From: Methanobacteriota archaeon
GTDB lineage: Archaea; Methanobacteriota; Methanobacteria; Methanobacteriales; Methanobacteriaceae
Direction of reading: 5' to 3'
Length of the DNA stretch: 64,000 bases
Assembly: GCA_963787255.1 (NCBI GenBank)
Contig: CAWBCJ010000029.1
Location: 352,001-416,000 of the forward strand
Shown in pieces: positions 38,520-49,747 of this stretch. Below the pieces are notes generated by a model, which was not told the origin of the DNA, ran no database searches, and worked only from the letters and a program-made list of their open reading frames with translations. Positions within the stretch are counted from its first letter, which is position 1. Every line of letters begins with the position of its first letter. The position numbers and the translations under genes are program-made.

Positions 38520-39458
38520 ATGGACTTTCAACCAACTATTTTACTTATAATATTGATAGCTTTGATTATGGACATCTTATTCGGAGAATTTCCTGCCAAA
38601 ATACACCCTGTAGTTTGGATGGGAAAATTGATAGACATATTGAAAGGTTATTTAATTAATTATAGAAGTAAAATCTCAGGAATAATATTAACATTTGTTT
38701 TACTAATTACGTTTACACTTGCAACATATGTCTTAATCTCTTTGTCGGCACTAAATTATATTCTTTATATTTTGGTTTCTTCGATTATTTTAACAACCAC
38801 ATTTGCAATTAAAGCTCTTTTTAGCTCTGCTGAAGGTATAAAAAAAGATCTTGAGCACGATATTGACACAGCAAGAAAAAGCATGTCTTATCTTGTAAGT
38901 AGGGACACTATTAATCTTTCAAGTGAAGAAATTGTTTCAGCTACGATTGAAACGTTAACAGAAAACATTACAGATTCTGTTACAGCGCCTTTATTTTATA
39001 CCTTTCTTTTCGGAGTTCTAGGAGCGGTGGCTTATAGAGTTGTAAATACACTTGATGCTATGGTGGGCTATAAAAAACCAGAAACAATTAAAATTGGATG
39101 GTTTCCTGCAAAACTGGACGATATTTTAAATTATTTGCCTGCAAGGATTACAGGAATACTGGTTGTGATTGCTGCAGTTTTTCTGCACCTGGACTGGAAA
39201 AATTCATATAAAATAATGATTAGAGATGCCAGAAAACCCGATAGTCCAAATTCAGGATATTCAATGGCTGCAACAGCTGGCGCTCTTGGAATTAAACTTA
39301 AAAAAATAGGTTATTATGAAATTGGAGATGATATAAATCCATTAAATACTGACAGAATCTCTGATGCAATACTACTTACTAAAGTTACCATAATTTTATT
39401 TTTAATATTTACATTTATTATATGTTTTATTATAACAATTGCTCTAAATTTTATTTAA
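38520..39458 (+). CDS. cbiB: Adenosylcobinamide-phosphate synthase (CobD/CbiB)
   Basis: HPVVWMG, LVSRDT, ETLTENITD, NTLDAMVGYK, SPNSG. Confidence 0.93.
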   Translation: MDFQPTILLIILIALIMDILFGEFPAKIHPVVWMGKLIDILKGYLINYRSKISGIILTFVLLITFTLATYVLISLSALNYILYILVSSIILTTTFAIKALFSSAEGIKKDLEHDIDTARKSMSYLVSRDTINLSSEEIVSATIETLTENITDSVTAPLFYTFLFGVLGAVAYRVVNTLDAMVGYKKPETIKIGWFPAKLDDILNYLPARITGILVVIAAVFLHLDWKNSYKIMIRDARKPDSPNSGYSMAATAGALGIKLKKIGYYEIGDDINPLNTDRISDAILLTKVTIILFLIFTFIICFIITIALNFI

Positions 39459-39624
39459 TTAGAAAATAAAGTCATTAATTTGATAATATGGAATATCACT
39501 GAAATAATCAATCATTTTAGTTTATTCAATCAGTTTTTAGAATATAATTTAAAATTAGATGTATTATAGTCTACGTAATAATTAAGCTCATTTTGTAAAA
39601 TTTTGTCTATATCTATAATATTGC

Positions 39625-40275
39625 TTATTTACTGAATAAATCAATAATTTTCTTTATATAACCTGTTCTTATGAGAATGGAAACCTTAACACCCTCATTT
39701 ATAATTGTATCCTGCATTGGAATCTTTATTTTCCCGTTTTCGTGCAGTGCAACAATTATATAATTGGGATTAGGGCTTAAATCACCAATTTTTTTACCTA
39801 TCACTGATTTATTTGTAACGGTGATATCCAGTAGTTCAGCGTCACCTTTCCCTAAAACAACTAAATCCGCAATTTTAGGCCTTAAAATAATTTTTTCAAG
39901 ATAACTAGCAGCTGTGAGCTCTGGACTAATAGCTGAATCAATTCCAGCCCTTTTAAATGCTTCAATATGGTTATAATCACTTACTCGTGCTATAATTTTG
40001 GGTACATCGTATCCTTTTACAAGAATACAGGAAAGTAGATTAACTTCATCATTTCCTGTAGCTGCAACGAACACATCAGCATCTTCTATACTTGCTTCTT
40101 TTAGGGTCTTAGTATCTGTACCGTTTCCACAGATTACAAGTGCGTCCAGTCCTGTAGCTGCTTTATTACATAATCCAACATCGTTTTCAATGAGGGTAAC
40201 ATCTTGATCATCAGAAATTAGAAAAGAGGCGAGATTTAACCCTACGCGCCCTCCCCCAAGTATAACCACATACAT
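39625..40275 (-). CDS. trkA: TrkA-family potassium uptake NAD-binding protein
   Basis: [28 protein letters not shown]-terminal RCK_C. Confidence 0.9.
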   Translation of the reverse strand: MYVVILGGGRVGLNLASFLISDDQDVTLIENDVGLCNKAATGLDALVICGNGTDTKTLKEASIEDADVFVAATGNDEVNLLSCILVKGYDVPKIIARVSDYNHIEAFKRAGIDSAISPELTAASYLEKIILRPKIADLVVLGKGDAELLDITVTNKSVIGKKIGDLSPNPNYIIVALHENGKIKIPMQDTIINEGVKVSILIRTGYIKKIIDLFSK

Positions 40276-40399
40276 TTTACTCTCCAGCATCCTTATTTAA
40301 CTGCTGATAATTTCTAAAAATTTAATTTATAGAAATACTAATCATTAATCTATACGGTAGGAAATATTTATAATTGCTGAATTTAATTTGAGGTAGAAA

Positions 40400-41392
40400 A
40401 TGAAAATAGCCATAATTACAATAACTGAAGACGCCCAAAAGCTCGCAATAAATCTTGCTGAGGAGTTAAAGATGGACCCAACAGTAATTTCTATTAAGAT
40501 ATTTAATAAAAATGTTAAAAAAGCTTTAATTGATGCTTTTAATGGATATGATTGCATATTAGGTATTATGGCAGCGGGAATTATGGTGAGGAATATATGC
40601 ACTCTCATTAAAAATAAAATGGAAGATCCAGCAGTTCTGGTTATGGATGATCAGGGTAAACACGTTATAAGCCTGCTTTCAGGACATTTTGGTGGAGCTA
40701 ATGATATTGCACTTAAAATAGCAGAAATTTCAGCTGCAGAACCTGTAATAACGACATCTACCGATGCACACGGTAAAATAGGGATAGACTCACTTGCAAG
40801 GAAATATTATCTTGACATTGATGATTATAAAAAGATAAAAGCAATTAATTCGGCTTTGATTAATAATAAAAAGGTTGATTTGTGTGTTCCATCAAAATAT
40901 GAATTTATTTTTAGAGATCCAATGGTTAATAAATCTTATAATAAGTATGAATCATTGAATAAGGACTTAAAAGCTATTCATGAAGAAGATTCTGTTACTT
41001 TAAAGCCTAAAAAGATTGTTTTTGGGATTGGTGCACGTAAAGGGATATCAAAGAATAAAGTGCAGAATGCTGTTTATGAGACAATTAAATTACTTAAATT
41101 ATCTCCTGAACGGATAGATTCATTTGCAACAGGAGAAATGAAGAAAAATGAGTTAGGGATAGTTCAAATGGCTTCAATTTTAGAAGTACCTCTTGAGATA
41201 GTTACAGTTGACCAGATTAAATCTTTTCAGAGTCATGATATTTCGTCTTCAGAATTTGTAGAAAAGAAATTTGGTATTCCTGGAGTCTGCGAACCAGCGG
41301 CTTTAATAGCAGCTGGGGAAAATTCAAGACTTATATTCAAAAAAACATCGTATAATGGAGTTACAGTTGCAGCTGCAGTTTCTTCTAACTGA
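40400..41392 (+). CDS. cbiG: Cobalt-precorrin-5A hydrolase
   Basis: IMAAGIMVR, DPAVLVMD, SGHFGGAN, VITTSTD, GVCEPAA. Confidence 0.93.
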   Translation: MKIAIITITEDAQKLAINLAEELKMDPTVISIKIFNKNVKKALIDAFNGYDCILGIMAAGIMVRNICTLIKNKMEDPAVLVMDDQGKHVISLLSGHFGGANDIALKIAEISAAEPVITTSTDAHGKIGIDSLARKYYLDIDDYKKIKAINSALINNKKVDLCVPSKYEFIFRDPMVNKSYNKYESLNKDLKAIHEEDSVTLKPKKIVFGIGARKGISKNKVQNAVYETIKLLKLSPERIDSFATGEMKKNELGIVQMASILEVPLEIVTVDQIKSFQSHDISSSEFVEKKFGIPGVCEPAALIAAGENSRLIFKKTSYNGVTVAAAVSSN

Positions 41393-41538
41393 TTAATTTA
41401 TTCTGTATGTTTTTCATGTGTTTAATTGAAGTATTATAACAATTATATACCAAAAGGTTTTTAGTTTAAGAAAATATAAAATAGGATAATTAGACTATTT
41501 TACATATTATCTAGTTTGATTATTACGGAGGTTTTATT

Positions 41539-41793
41539 ATGAACGAAGAATCATTTAATCGGGTTAATGACATATTACGCCATATAATGGAAGATACAAG
41601 TGTTCCAAGGAATATTAGAAGGGCAGCAGAAGAATCTAAGAATATTTTAGGTAAGGATGACGACGAACCAACAATTCGTGCAAGTACAGTGATTTCAATA
41701 CTTGATGAAATTAGTAATGATCCTAACATTCCTATACATGCAAGAACTCTTATTTGGAATGTTTTAAGTGAATTAGAGTCTGTTAGAGAGTAA
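41539..41793 (+). CDS. UPF0147 family protein
   Basis: [31 protein letters not shown]. Confidence 0.92.
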   Translation: MNEESFNRVNDILRHIMEDTSVPRNIRRAAEESKNILGKDDDEPTIRASTVISILDEISNDPNIPIHARTLIWNVLSELESVRE

Positions 41794-41834
41794 TTTTTAA
41801 ATTTAATACTTGATTTAACTAATTTTAAATAAAA

Positions 41835-41861
41835 AAAATTTCAGCAATTTGCTGACATTTT
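41835..41861. terminator. Palindrome between convergent genes, possible bidirectional terminator
   Basis: TCAGCAA-T-TTGCTGA flanked by A and T tracts. Confidence 0.4.
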
Positions 41862-41899
41862 AAAAACTTCTTTTATATTCTATTTTTTTTAAGTTCGAT

Positions 41900-42490
41900 T
41901 TATTCAATTTTTAAGCTCAAAAGATGAGCAATAAATTGTGTTTTAGCGATATCTTCGATAAATTCTGCTAATAGTGTTGCTTCACTTAAATTCACACCAG
42001 CAGTAACAACTCCATGATTTTTTAAAACTACAGCATCTTCATCTTTCATCATTTGTGCTGTATCATTTGCAAGTTCGCTGCTGCCTGGCCTGGAATACTT
42101 TACTGAAGAAATATAATGATTTTCAATCTTGCCGAAACCTTCTAACCGTTTTATTTTTTTTCCAGACATTGAAAAGCCTGTTGCATGCGGTGAATGGGTA
42201 TGTACTACTGCATTTATATCTTTTCTTTCATTGTATATTCCAAGATGAAGAAAGGTCTCTGATGATGGATGTTTTTCTCCTTCAAGGACATTTCCATCCA
42301 TATCTATAATTATAATGTCCTTGATTCCCACCATTCCTTTTGAAATACCGCTTTTAGTAATGGCTACCTTTGAAGTGTCATCATCATAAAATCTACAGCT
42401 TATGTTCCCGGATTTACCTGGAGTAAGACCTTTATTGTAAATGAAGTGCGAAGCATCAACTAGATCTTGTAAAATTTCTTCTTTAACCAT
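41900..42490 (-). CDS. Class II aldolase/adducin family protein (FucA-like)
   Basis: SGNIS, PSSE, HTHS, LKNHGV. Confidence 0.9.
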   Translation of the reverse strand: MVKEEILQDLVDASHFIYNKGLTPGKSGNISCRFYDDDTSKVAITKSGISKGMVGIKDIIIIDMDGNVLEGEKHPSSETFLHLGIYNERKDINAVVHTHSPHATGFSMSGKKIKRLEGFGKIENHYISSVKYSRPGSSELANDTAQMMKDEDAVVLKNHGVVTAGVNLSEATLLAEFIEDIAKTQFIAHLLSLKIE

Positions 42491-42549
42491 CTAAATTCCT
42501 CTTTTAGCTGAAATATGTTTAATTATTGTATAGAAAAATTTGTTTAAAC

Positions 42550-44049
42550 TCATGCAAATTTCAAGAGCTTGAAAGAGCCCTGGTCAAGCACCGGTACTTC
42601 TGCACATGTGGGCATGATGTTATATATCTTCTGAAACTCTGTTTGAGACTGGAAAGTGCCCGAATTTATCATATGAATGCCTTTATGCTTTTTGTAGGCG
42701 TTAATATGCACATGTCCTGTATGAAAAACGTCAGGAATTTCCTCTATTACCATGTGGTCTTCGTATTCTGATGCAAGTGGAGTTCTTTCCCCATAAATTG
42801 GCGCTAAATGCCGTTTTTCCATCAGTTCTTTCATTATCAGGTCTGATTGCTGGTGAGAAAATCCTTTAATGGACATTGCCATGTCATCAAAACTTCTTCC
42901 ATGATATATGAGGGTTTTAATCCCATCTAAACTTACTATTCCTGGATTACTCACGAATTCGGCATTTTTAAGCTTGTAGAGAGATTCTGCATATGACTGT
43001 GAGATTGCAGGTTGTGGTTCAGCCAGTCTAGCGGCGTCGTGGTTTCCAGGAGCTATTATTATTTTAATATCAGTCCTGATTTGGCCTAAAAGCCTAGCTG
43101 CTTCCTCATACTGTCCGTAAATATCTTTTATAGTGAGTTCTTTTTCTTGATGAGGATAAATACCAATTCCATCAACAAGATCTCCGGCTATAATCAGATA
43201 TTTAACGTTATTAGCAATTTCTTGCTGATTGTAATCTCCAAAATCGCCGTTTATCCAATTTATGAACCTATTAAATGCATCGCCCAGAAATGTTGAACTT
43301 CCAATATGAACATCTGAAATAAAGACGGCTGAGAAATCCATTGGCTTTTCGTCAATCCTGGGAACGCCGGGATGCACTATATCTGATGCTATCACAAGTG
43401 ATCCTTTTTTACTTCCTATGATCCCAATGATTTCATCTTTAACTACTTTTTCTGCCCTTTCAAATAGTTGATGGTTCTCATTATGTACTAAAACATTGAT
43501 ACTCCCTGTTTCGTCTTCTAATTCAATGATTTTATGATTATTTTTGGTGTTGTTAACGTCATTTACCATTCCAATTATTTTAATAACATCTTCACTCTTT
43601 CTTATCTTATTTATGGGCCGGTGATCCTTTAAATCTCCTCGTTTATCTAAAATATCCTTTAGCTTATGATATCTACTGTTAAAATAGGTTAAAAAATCTT
43701 TAATTTCTCCATTGGTATAGGATTTTTTACTGGTATCCTGAATAACATGGAAATCAAAGGGCCTTCCGGTATGAAATTTACTCTGGGGAGGATTAGGATT
43801 GATCTCCTCTTCATCAAAAGAGTCCATTAATTCATTTCCATTGCTAATAACAGGTGAATCATCACTTTTGAGATATTTATCAAGAAATTCTTCAGTTATA
43901 ATAAAAATATCTTCTCTAGAATATAGTAATTCATCAATTAATGAATCAGCAAATTCAAGAGAGTTCTCATGTTTTTGTATGCGCTCGTACGCTTTATCGT
44001 TTATAAGAATATTGGCATTGGTGAATTTTAAAAGGATATCGTTGCTCAT
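42550..44049 (-). CDS. polB: DNA polymerase D small subunit DP1
   Basis: OB fold (IGMVND..LEDETG), SDVHIGS, GDLVDG, PGNHD, HLAP, HTGHVH. Confidence 0.95.
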   Translation of the reverse strand: MSNDILLKFTNANILINDKAYERIQKHENSLEFADSLIDELLYSREDIFIITEEFLDKYLKSDDSPVISNGNELMDSFDEEEINPNPPQSKFHTGRPFDFHVIQDTSKKSYTNGEIKDFLTYFNSRYHKLKDILDKRGDLKDHRPINKIRKSEDVIKIIGMVNDVNNTKNNHKIIELEDETGSINVLVHNENHQLFERAEKVVKDEIIGIIGSKKGSLVIASDIVHPGVPRIDEKPMDFSAVFISDVHIGSSTFLGDAFNRFINWINGDFGDYNQQEIANNVKYLIIAGDLVDGIGIYPHQEKELTIKDIYGQYEEAARLLGQIRTDIKIIIAPGNHDAARLAEPQPAISQSYAESLYKLKNAEFVSNPGIVSLDGIKTLIYHGRSFDDMAMSIKGFSHQQSDLIMKELMEKRHLAPIYGERTPLASEYEDHMVIEEIPDVFHTGHVHINAYKKHKGIHMINSGTFQSQTEFQKIYNIMPTCAEVPVLDQGSFKLLKFA

Positions 44050-44298
44050 AACTACCCCATGCAAAGCTTTTATTTTATCGCTCATGAATTTAATGCAAAT
44101 TTTCCACTTAATTATTTTTTAAAGGCATAAATTAATTGTTATGTTAATTATCAAACGTTTTATACTTTTTATTTTAAGTAGTATGAATAATTGGCTTTTT
44201 ACATATTAAAGTGCATATCATTAGAATTATATTAAAATAACGTTCGTCATTACAATCATTGATATTTAATGCGATATAACCATTGCGCTTGATCTGAA

Positions 44299-44322
44299 TA
44301 TGAACGTTTTTATGAACGTTTT
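44299..44322 (+). repeat. Perfect 12-bp tandem repeat in the divergent promoter region
   Basis: TATGAACGTTTT x2. Confidence 0.6.
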
Positions 44323-44451
44323 AAGTATATATTTATACATCATATTATAATTATTAAACTGATTTTTTACCACAAAAAATTATAGTTACTAATAAAGAAT
44401 ATCAAATTATAAAAAAAGTAAGGATTAAAATTTATTTAGAAGGGTGATAAT

Positions 44452-44973
44452 TTGCCGAGAATCATTAAATTTATACTTTTCCTAATACTCTTTGGAATCG
44501 TTTTTGAATTAGGGCTGCTGAGCTCTTACACAATAGTAACATCTCAATCTCCCGACGTTGGAAAGCTCGTAGACATGCAAGTAAGTAAATTAACTTCAAT
44601 TTGGGAGAGTTTAACTGCTGGTTCAGATAAAAATACAACTAAAGGTTACAATGTTACAAATCCAGATACAGTTGCACAGACCCTTAAGCTTAAAACAGGA
44701 CTTAATGGGATTAATGTTGATACACTTTCTGCCGTAACTGAAGGTTCCGTTAGTGATACTATGAACATTACTCTTTCAGCAACGGGATACAAAGAAAATC
44801 AAACCGGTGGAGTAACTTCAAATAACGGTTCTTCAACCGGGCAGATAGTAATAAGACAAAGTGAAATTTACTCTTTAACTGCTTCAGCAATAGGAAAGAA
44901 AAAATCAAGAGGAATAGAGGTGGATGTTAACACAATCCAAATAACATCTTTAAAGAAATTATATAGTCAATAA
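44452..44973 (+). CDS. Hypothetical membrane-anchored, Ser/Thr-rich exported protein
   Basis: N-terminal hydrophobic helix, several N-x-S/T sites, GGTGA RBS. Confidence 0.7.
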   Translation: MPRIIKFILFLILFGIVFELGLLSSYTIVTSQSPDVGKLVDMQVSKLTSIWESLTAGSDKNTTKGYNVTNPDTVAQTLKLKTGLNGINVDTLSAVTEGSVSDTMNITLSATGYKENQTGGVTSNNGSSTGQIVIRQSEIYSLTASAIGKKKSRGIEVDVNTIQITSLKKLYSQ

Positions 44974-45055
44974 TCCACCTTTTAATTTTTTAGAAAACTA
45001 ATTTTTTAAAAATTCAATTAATATATCAATTTTTTTAAATAAGCATGGTGATTGA

Positions 45056-46120
45056 ATGATCAGTGTTGTAGGTATCGGACCTTCCCGTGAAGACATGACA
45101 ATAAGAGCTTTAAATGCAATTGAGAATGGTGATGTAATTATTGGATACAAAGCATACATAAAGCAAATAGAAGATCTGATTGAAGGAAAAGAAATCTTTA
45201 AAAAGGGAATGGGCGACGAAATTGAGCGTGCTGAAATAGCTGTACAAAAATCAAGGGAAGGCAAAAATGTCATTATAATAAGTTCAGGAGATCCTGGTGT
45301 TTTTGGAATGGCCAATGTTTTTTTCCAAGTAATTGGTAAATACAGCGACATTGAAGTGGAAGTTATCCCCGGAGTAACAGCAGCCTCTTTTGCTGCATCT
45401 AAACTCGGTGCACCGCTCCATGATTTTGCAGTTATCAGTTTAAGTGATATTTTAACTCCCATATCTGAAATAAAACGCAAAGTTGAGTTTGCAGCAAAAG
45501 GAGATTTTGTAATTGCTATTTATAATCCTTTAAGCAAGACAAGAAAGAAGCCTTTTGAAGAAGCCTACAAAATTCTTCTTGAAAACAAAAAAGGTTCAAC
45601 CCCAGTGGGTATTGTAAGAAGTGGAGATGAAGATGTTGATGTCACAATTACAACCCTTCAAAAATTAAAAGATCAAAAAATTAACATGTCTACAACTATA
45701 ATTGTTGGAAATTCAATGACTTACATCCAGGAGGGGTATTTGGTTACTCCCAGAGGATATGTTGTTAGATCACAGATACATCCACTTTCAAGGGAGTTTT
45801 ATGAGCACTTTTTAGAAAGCGATGTAATTGAAGGCCCTAATTTTGAATGTGATTACTATCCATGCCACGGGGAAGGAGAAAACTGTACTTTCTGTTACTG
45901 TCCATTTTATCCATGTGGAGACAGCTCTACTGGAGGTAAATGGATAAAGGAAAAGGGAGTTTGGAGTTGTGAAGCTTGCAACTGGATTCATGAGGATAAA
46001 ACTGTTGACTGTATAATGAAGAAATTCCCCGAAATTGTTAAAGAAGTTGATGACCTTAAGAAAAGGAAGAAAGAACTTTTAAAATTGCGAAGAGAATGTA
46101 TACAAGCTGCAGAGTTATGA
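45056..46120 (+). CDS. cbiH: Precorrin-3B C17-methyltransferase with C-terminal Cys-rich domain
   Basis: [33 protein letters not shown]; then [28 protein letters not shown]. Confidence 0.92.
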   Translation: MISVVGIGPSREDMTIRALNAIENGDVIIGYKAYIKQIEDLIEGKEIFKKGMGDEIERAEIAVQKSREGKNVIIISSGDPGVFGMANVFFQVIGKYSDIEVEVIPGVTAASFAASKLGAPLHDFAVISLSDILTPISEIKRKVEFAAKGDFVIAIYNPLSKTRKKPFEEAYKILLENKKGSTPVGIVRSGDEDVDVTITTLQKLKDQKINMSTTIIVGNSMTYIQEGYLVTPRGYVVRSQIHPLSREFYEHFLESDVIEGPNFECDYYPCHGEGENCTFCYCPFYPCGDSSTGGKWIKEKGVWSCEACNWIHEDKTVDCIMKKFPEIVKEVDDLKKRKKELLKLRRECIQAAEL

Positions 46121-46442
46121 TTGCGCATATTATTCAATATTAGGCATTTAAAAGAATTTAAGAGTTAAAAAATAAATGGGAATATTCATTTTCTTAACTA
46201 TTATGGGGATGTATTCGCACTGCAGAATAACATGTTTTTAATTTTTAAACTTTTTTTCATACTTTTTAATACTTTCTAATTAATCCTTACCAAAAGTATA
46301 ATATTACTTTTTATCATATAATTAACACAAGGTAAAATGACAAAACCAAAGAAGGTGTACGAATCTCCAAAAAAATGATTTTGATTCATAAATTCTGTCA
46401 TTATAACCGATTTTATATTATAAAATAAATTTGGTGATATTA

Positions 46443-47078
46443 ATGGGAAAAATGCTGATAACAAATTTAAAAAGCAAAGACAATCTACAAAAAGCCGTAT
46501 TCAAAGCAAATCCAGATGAAATTATAGTTGTATCAAATAGAAAGGCCAAATACAGCGATTTTGAAGTAAAAACAAAATACCTAAAGGTTAAAAATCGATT
46601 TGAAGATATTGTACACAAAATAAATGGAATTTTAAGCTCAGATGAGGATATCATAATCATCGTTAAACCGGACAGCATTGGTACCTATATTCTATGGCTT
46701 GCAGAACAGTATTCTTTAAATCCCGCATTTATTATAAGCCATGGAGAAATACAACAAATTCCATTAATTTCAAAAGGTAAAATAGCCGATATAGAAGGAG
46801 AAATTTTGAAACTAGCTGATTGTCATGGCTTTATAGACCCTAAATCTATTAATAAGGAGTTTGGAATTCCAGAAAATGAAGCAAAAGAATATTTAAAAAA
46901 ATTTTCAAAAATGGGAATTTTAAAGTACTTCAAAACCATAGAATTTGAAATTGGAGATCTAAAAAAGCATCCCTACTACGATACAGATCTTTTAGAAAAG
47001 AAAAAAGATGTTGAAGACCTATACATTGTTACAAAACTTGGACAGACGGTTTTATACGTAATTTTAACAAATGAATAG
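46443..47078 (+). CDS. Hypothetical protein; probable CARF-like Rossmann domain plus winged HTH
   Basis: KMLITNL / NPDEIIVVS / FEDIVHKI / DIIIIV / IQQIPL, then EILKL..HTH..LKKFSKMGIL..YIVTKLG. Confidence 0.6.
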   Translation: MGKMLITNLKSKDNLQKAVFKANPDEIIVVSNRKAKYSDFEVKTKYLKVKNRFEDIVHKINGILSSDEDIIIIVKPDSIGTYILWLAEQYSLNPAFIISHGEIQQIPLISKGKIADIEGEILKLADCHGFIDPKSINKEFGIPENEAKEYLKKFSKMGILKYFKTIEFEIGDLKKHPYYDTDLLEKKKDVEDLYIVTKLGQTVLYVILTNE

Positions 47079-47178
47079 CTAAAACCAATTAAAAAACCAG
47101 TAAGATTAAGTTAATTATTTCAACTTTAGTGAATATACATATCTTCAAAAGCTTAATATTAATCTCAATTTTTTTTAA

Positions 47179-48048
47179 TTAAATTTCTAACTGAATAAAG
47201 CCGTCAAATACAAATACAGCATCACCCTCCATGAATCCTCCAAGTTCACCGTTATTTTCATAAACATCAATTTGAAGATCTCCACCTGGAAGATGGACTA
47301 AAACACTTTCATAAACCATTCCAAGCTTAAATCCAGCAATAACACAAGAAGTAGCTCCAGTACCACATGCAAAGGTAACTCCAGCACCACGCTCCCATGT
47401 AATCATATCTATTTCATTTTTATTAATTATTTTAACAAAATGAACATTTGTTTTTTGGGGAAATAATTCATGAGTTTCAATTACAGGCCCAATTTCACTT
47501 AAAGATACCTCATTAAGGTCATCGGTGAATATCACTGCATGAGGATTACCAACACTGACTGCAGTCACTTTGTAGATTTTTCCTTTAAAGTCAATTTCTT
47601 CATCGATAACTTCATCCTTTTTACTTACAATCGGAATTTCAGACGATTTAAATGTAGCAGTACCCATATCAACCCTAGATGATGAAACTTCATCATTTTT
47701 AATTGTTAAAGTGACTTTTTTAGTCCCTCCAAGAGTTTCAACGTTTAAAACATCCTTAATTACTATCCCTTTATCATAAACATACTTTGAAAAGCATCTT
47801 ATACCATTTCCACACATCTCAGCTTCAGAACCATCAGAATTAAAGATTCTAAATCTTATATCTTCAGTTGTAGATGGACAAACAAATATCACACCATCTG
47901 CCCCTATGGAAAAACCTCGTCTGCAAAGCTCGAAAGAAATTTCATTCTTATTTTTCTCGGGAATTACCTCTCCTTCAGTCTCATCAATTACAACATAATC
48001 GTTTCCGAGTCCGTGCATCTTTGAAAATTGAATTTCCTTTAAATTCAT
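47179..48048 (-). CDS. dapF: Diaminopimelate epimerase
   Basis: [37 protein letters not shown]. Confidence 0.97.
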   Translation of the reverse strand: MNLKEIQFSKMHGLGNDYVVIDETEGEVIPEKNKNEISFELCRRGFSIGADGVIFVCPSTTEDIRFRIFNSDGSEAEMCGNGIRCFSKYVYDKGIVIKDVLNVETLGGTKKVTLTIKNDEVSSSRVDMGTATFKSSEIPIVSKKDEVIDEEIDFKGKIYKVTAVSVGNPHAVIFTDDLNEVSLSEIGPVIETHELFPQKTNVHFVKIINKNEIDMITWERGAGVTFACGTGATSCVIAGFKLGMVYESVLVHLPGGDLQIDVYENNGELGGFMEGDAVFVFDGFIQLEI

Positions 48049-48076
48049 AGTTTAATCCTCATCAAATGTAATATAT

Positions 48077-49363
48077 TTATCTTAAAAGTCTTATAGGTAC
48101 ATTTTGTTTTGAAAGAACATCAGCAAAAGTTTCTCTCTCCCTTACAACTTCACTTTCGCCATCATTTACAAGAACTTCCATAGTTTTTGGCCTTGAATTG
48201 TACTCAGAAGACATTGAAAATGCATAAGCTCCTGCATTAAATATTGCAAGGACATCTCCTTCAACAATTTCAGGCATGGGCCTGTCTCTTGCAAATAGAT
48301 CTCCAGACTCACACACATTTCCAGCAACATCTATTGTCCCTGTAGTTTCAGCATCTGGTTTATCTGCTATCACAATGTGATGGTATGAACCGTACATCGA
48401 AGGCCTTAAAAGAGTGTTAAAACCTGCATCCACTCCCGCAAACTTCCTGTAACTCTGTTTTATTGTGTTTACTTTCGTAAGAAGCAAAGATGCATCCCCT
48501 ACAAGATATCTTCCAGGTTCTATGCACATTGTTGGTTTTCCAAGGTTATACTCATTTAATTTATTCTTATAGAGATCCGTTATTTCTTTAGCGAAGTTTT
48601 GTATGTCCAATTTCTTTTCATCAGGGTGATATGGTATTCCGAGACCACCTCCAAAGTCGATGAATTCAAATTTAACTCCCGCCTGCTCGTTCACCCTTCC
48701 TGCAACGTCCATGAGGGTTTCAACTGCAAGCATGAAAGGTTCAGGATCGAGAATTCCAGAACCTATGTGAGTGTGAATTCCAACAGGTATAAATCCAAGT
48801 TCATGAGCCCTGCTGTAAACGTCAACAGCTTCTTCTTCCATCACACCAAACTTGGATAGGGTTCCACCAGTTATACAGTGTTCATGGTGCCCTGCACCGA
48901 CTTTAGGATTTATTCTAAATGATATTTTCACTTTTTCAGGATTTACAAGCTTTGAAAGTCTTTTAAGTGCAGATATCGAATCAAGATTAATTATAACTCC
49001 TGATTCTACTGCAAATTTAAGTTCTTCGTCAGTAACATTATTTCCGGTATAAATAATTCTTTCAGGTTCAAATCCTGCAAGAAGCGAGGTATAAATCTCA
49101 CCGGGGGAGACAGCATCAATGCCACTTCCCTCTTGTTCAAGTATTCTCATTACTGCAAGGTTTGTATTGGCTTTACATGCGTAAAATATTTTAAAATCTT
49201 CATATTGACTTGAAAACGCGTTATTAACTCTTCTAAAGTTGTCTCTTATTTTCATCTCATCTATTACGTAAAGAGGAGTGTTATATTTCTCTGTAAGTTC
49301 TAATGCATCTGCTCCACCGATGTTCAAATTTCCTTTTTCATTTATTTCAATATCAAAATCCAT
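48077..49363 (-). CDS. lysA: Diaminopimelate decarboxylase
   Basis: YACKAN, SKFG, HIGS, GGG, EPGR, CESGD, YNSRP. Confidence 0.97.
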   Translation of the reverse strand: MDFDIEINEKGNLNIGGADALELTEKYNTPLYVIDEMKIRDNFRRVNNAFSSQYEDFKIFYACKANTNLAVMRILEQEGSGIDAVSPGEIYTSLLAGFEPERIIYTGNNVTDEELKFAVESGVIINLDSISALKRLSKLVNPEKVKISFRINPKVGAGHHEHCITGGTLSKFGVMEEEAVDVYSRAHELGFIPVGIHTHIGSGILDPEPFMLAVETLMDVAGRVNEQAGVKFEFIDFGGGLGIPYHPDEKKLDIQNFAKEITDLYKNKLNEYNLGKPTMCIEPGRYLVGDASLLLTKVNTIKQSYRKFAGVDAGFNTLLRPSMYGSYHHIVIADKPDAETTGTIDVAGNVCESGDLFARDRPMPEIVEGDVLAIFNAGAYAFSMSSEYNSRPKTMEVLVNDGESEVVRERETFADVLSKQNVPIRLLR

Positions 49364-49513
49364 CAAATTCCTCCAAAAAAGAAGTAAACATTAAATATCT
49401 TCTGTTTATCATATAAAATATTTTACTATTTTTATAAAAAAATTGAAAATTAGTTCAAAATGGAAAAATTCACCATTAAAAATAAATTAAGAAAATAAAA
49501 ATTAAAGGTCATA

Positions 49514-49675
49514 TCAAGCAAATTTCCATATAATGATCAATATAAACCCAATTATCGCCATAATTGCTGTAATTGGTGAGCTACCCAGTAAAATAGCTAA
49601 TATACCCCCGAATAGTATCAATAAGACCCCTATCCAAAGAAATAGTTTTTTTTGCTTTTCATTTAGAGAAATCAT
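49514..49675 (-). CDS. Small two-TM membrane protein, 53 aa (below the ORF-track cutoff)
   Basis: MISLNEKQKKLFLWIGVLLILFGGILAILLGSSPITAIMAIIGFILIIIWKFA*; TATA-like element upstream. Confidence 0.6.
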   Translation of the reverse strand: MISLNEKQKKLFLWIGVLLILFGGILAILLGSSPITAIMAIIGFILIIIWKFA

Positions 49676-49747
49676 AATTGTTGTTTAATTTGTTTATATA
49701 TTAAGATTTTCTAAAAATAATGGAAAGAGAAAGAAAAGTTCTCTTTT

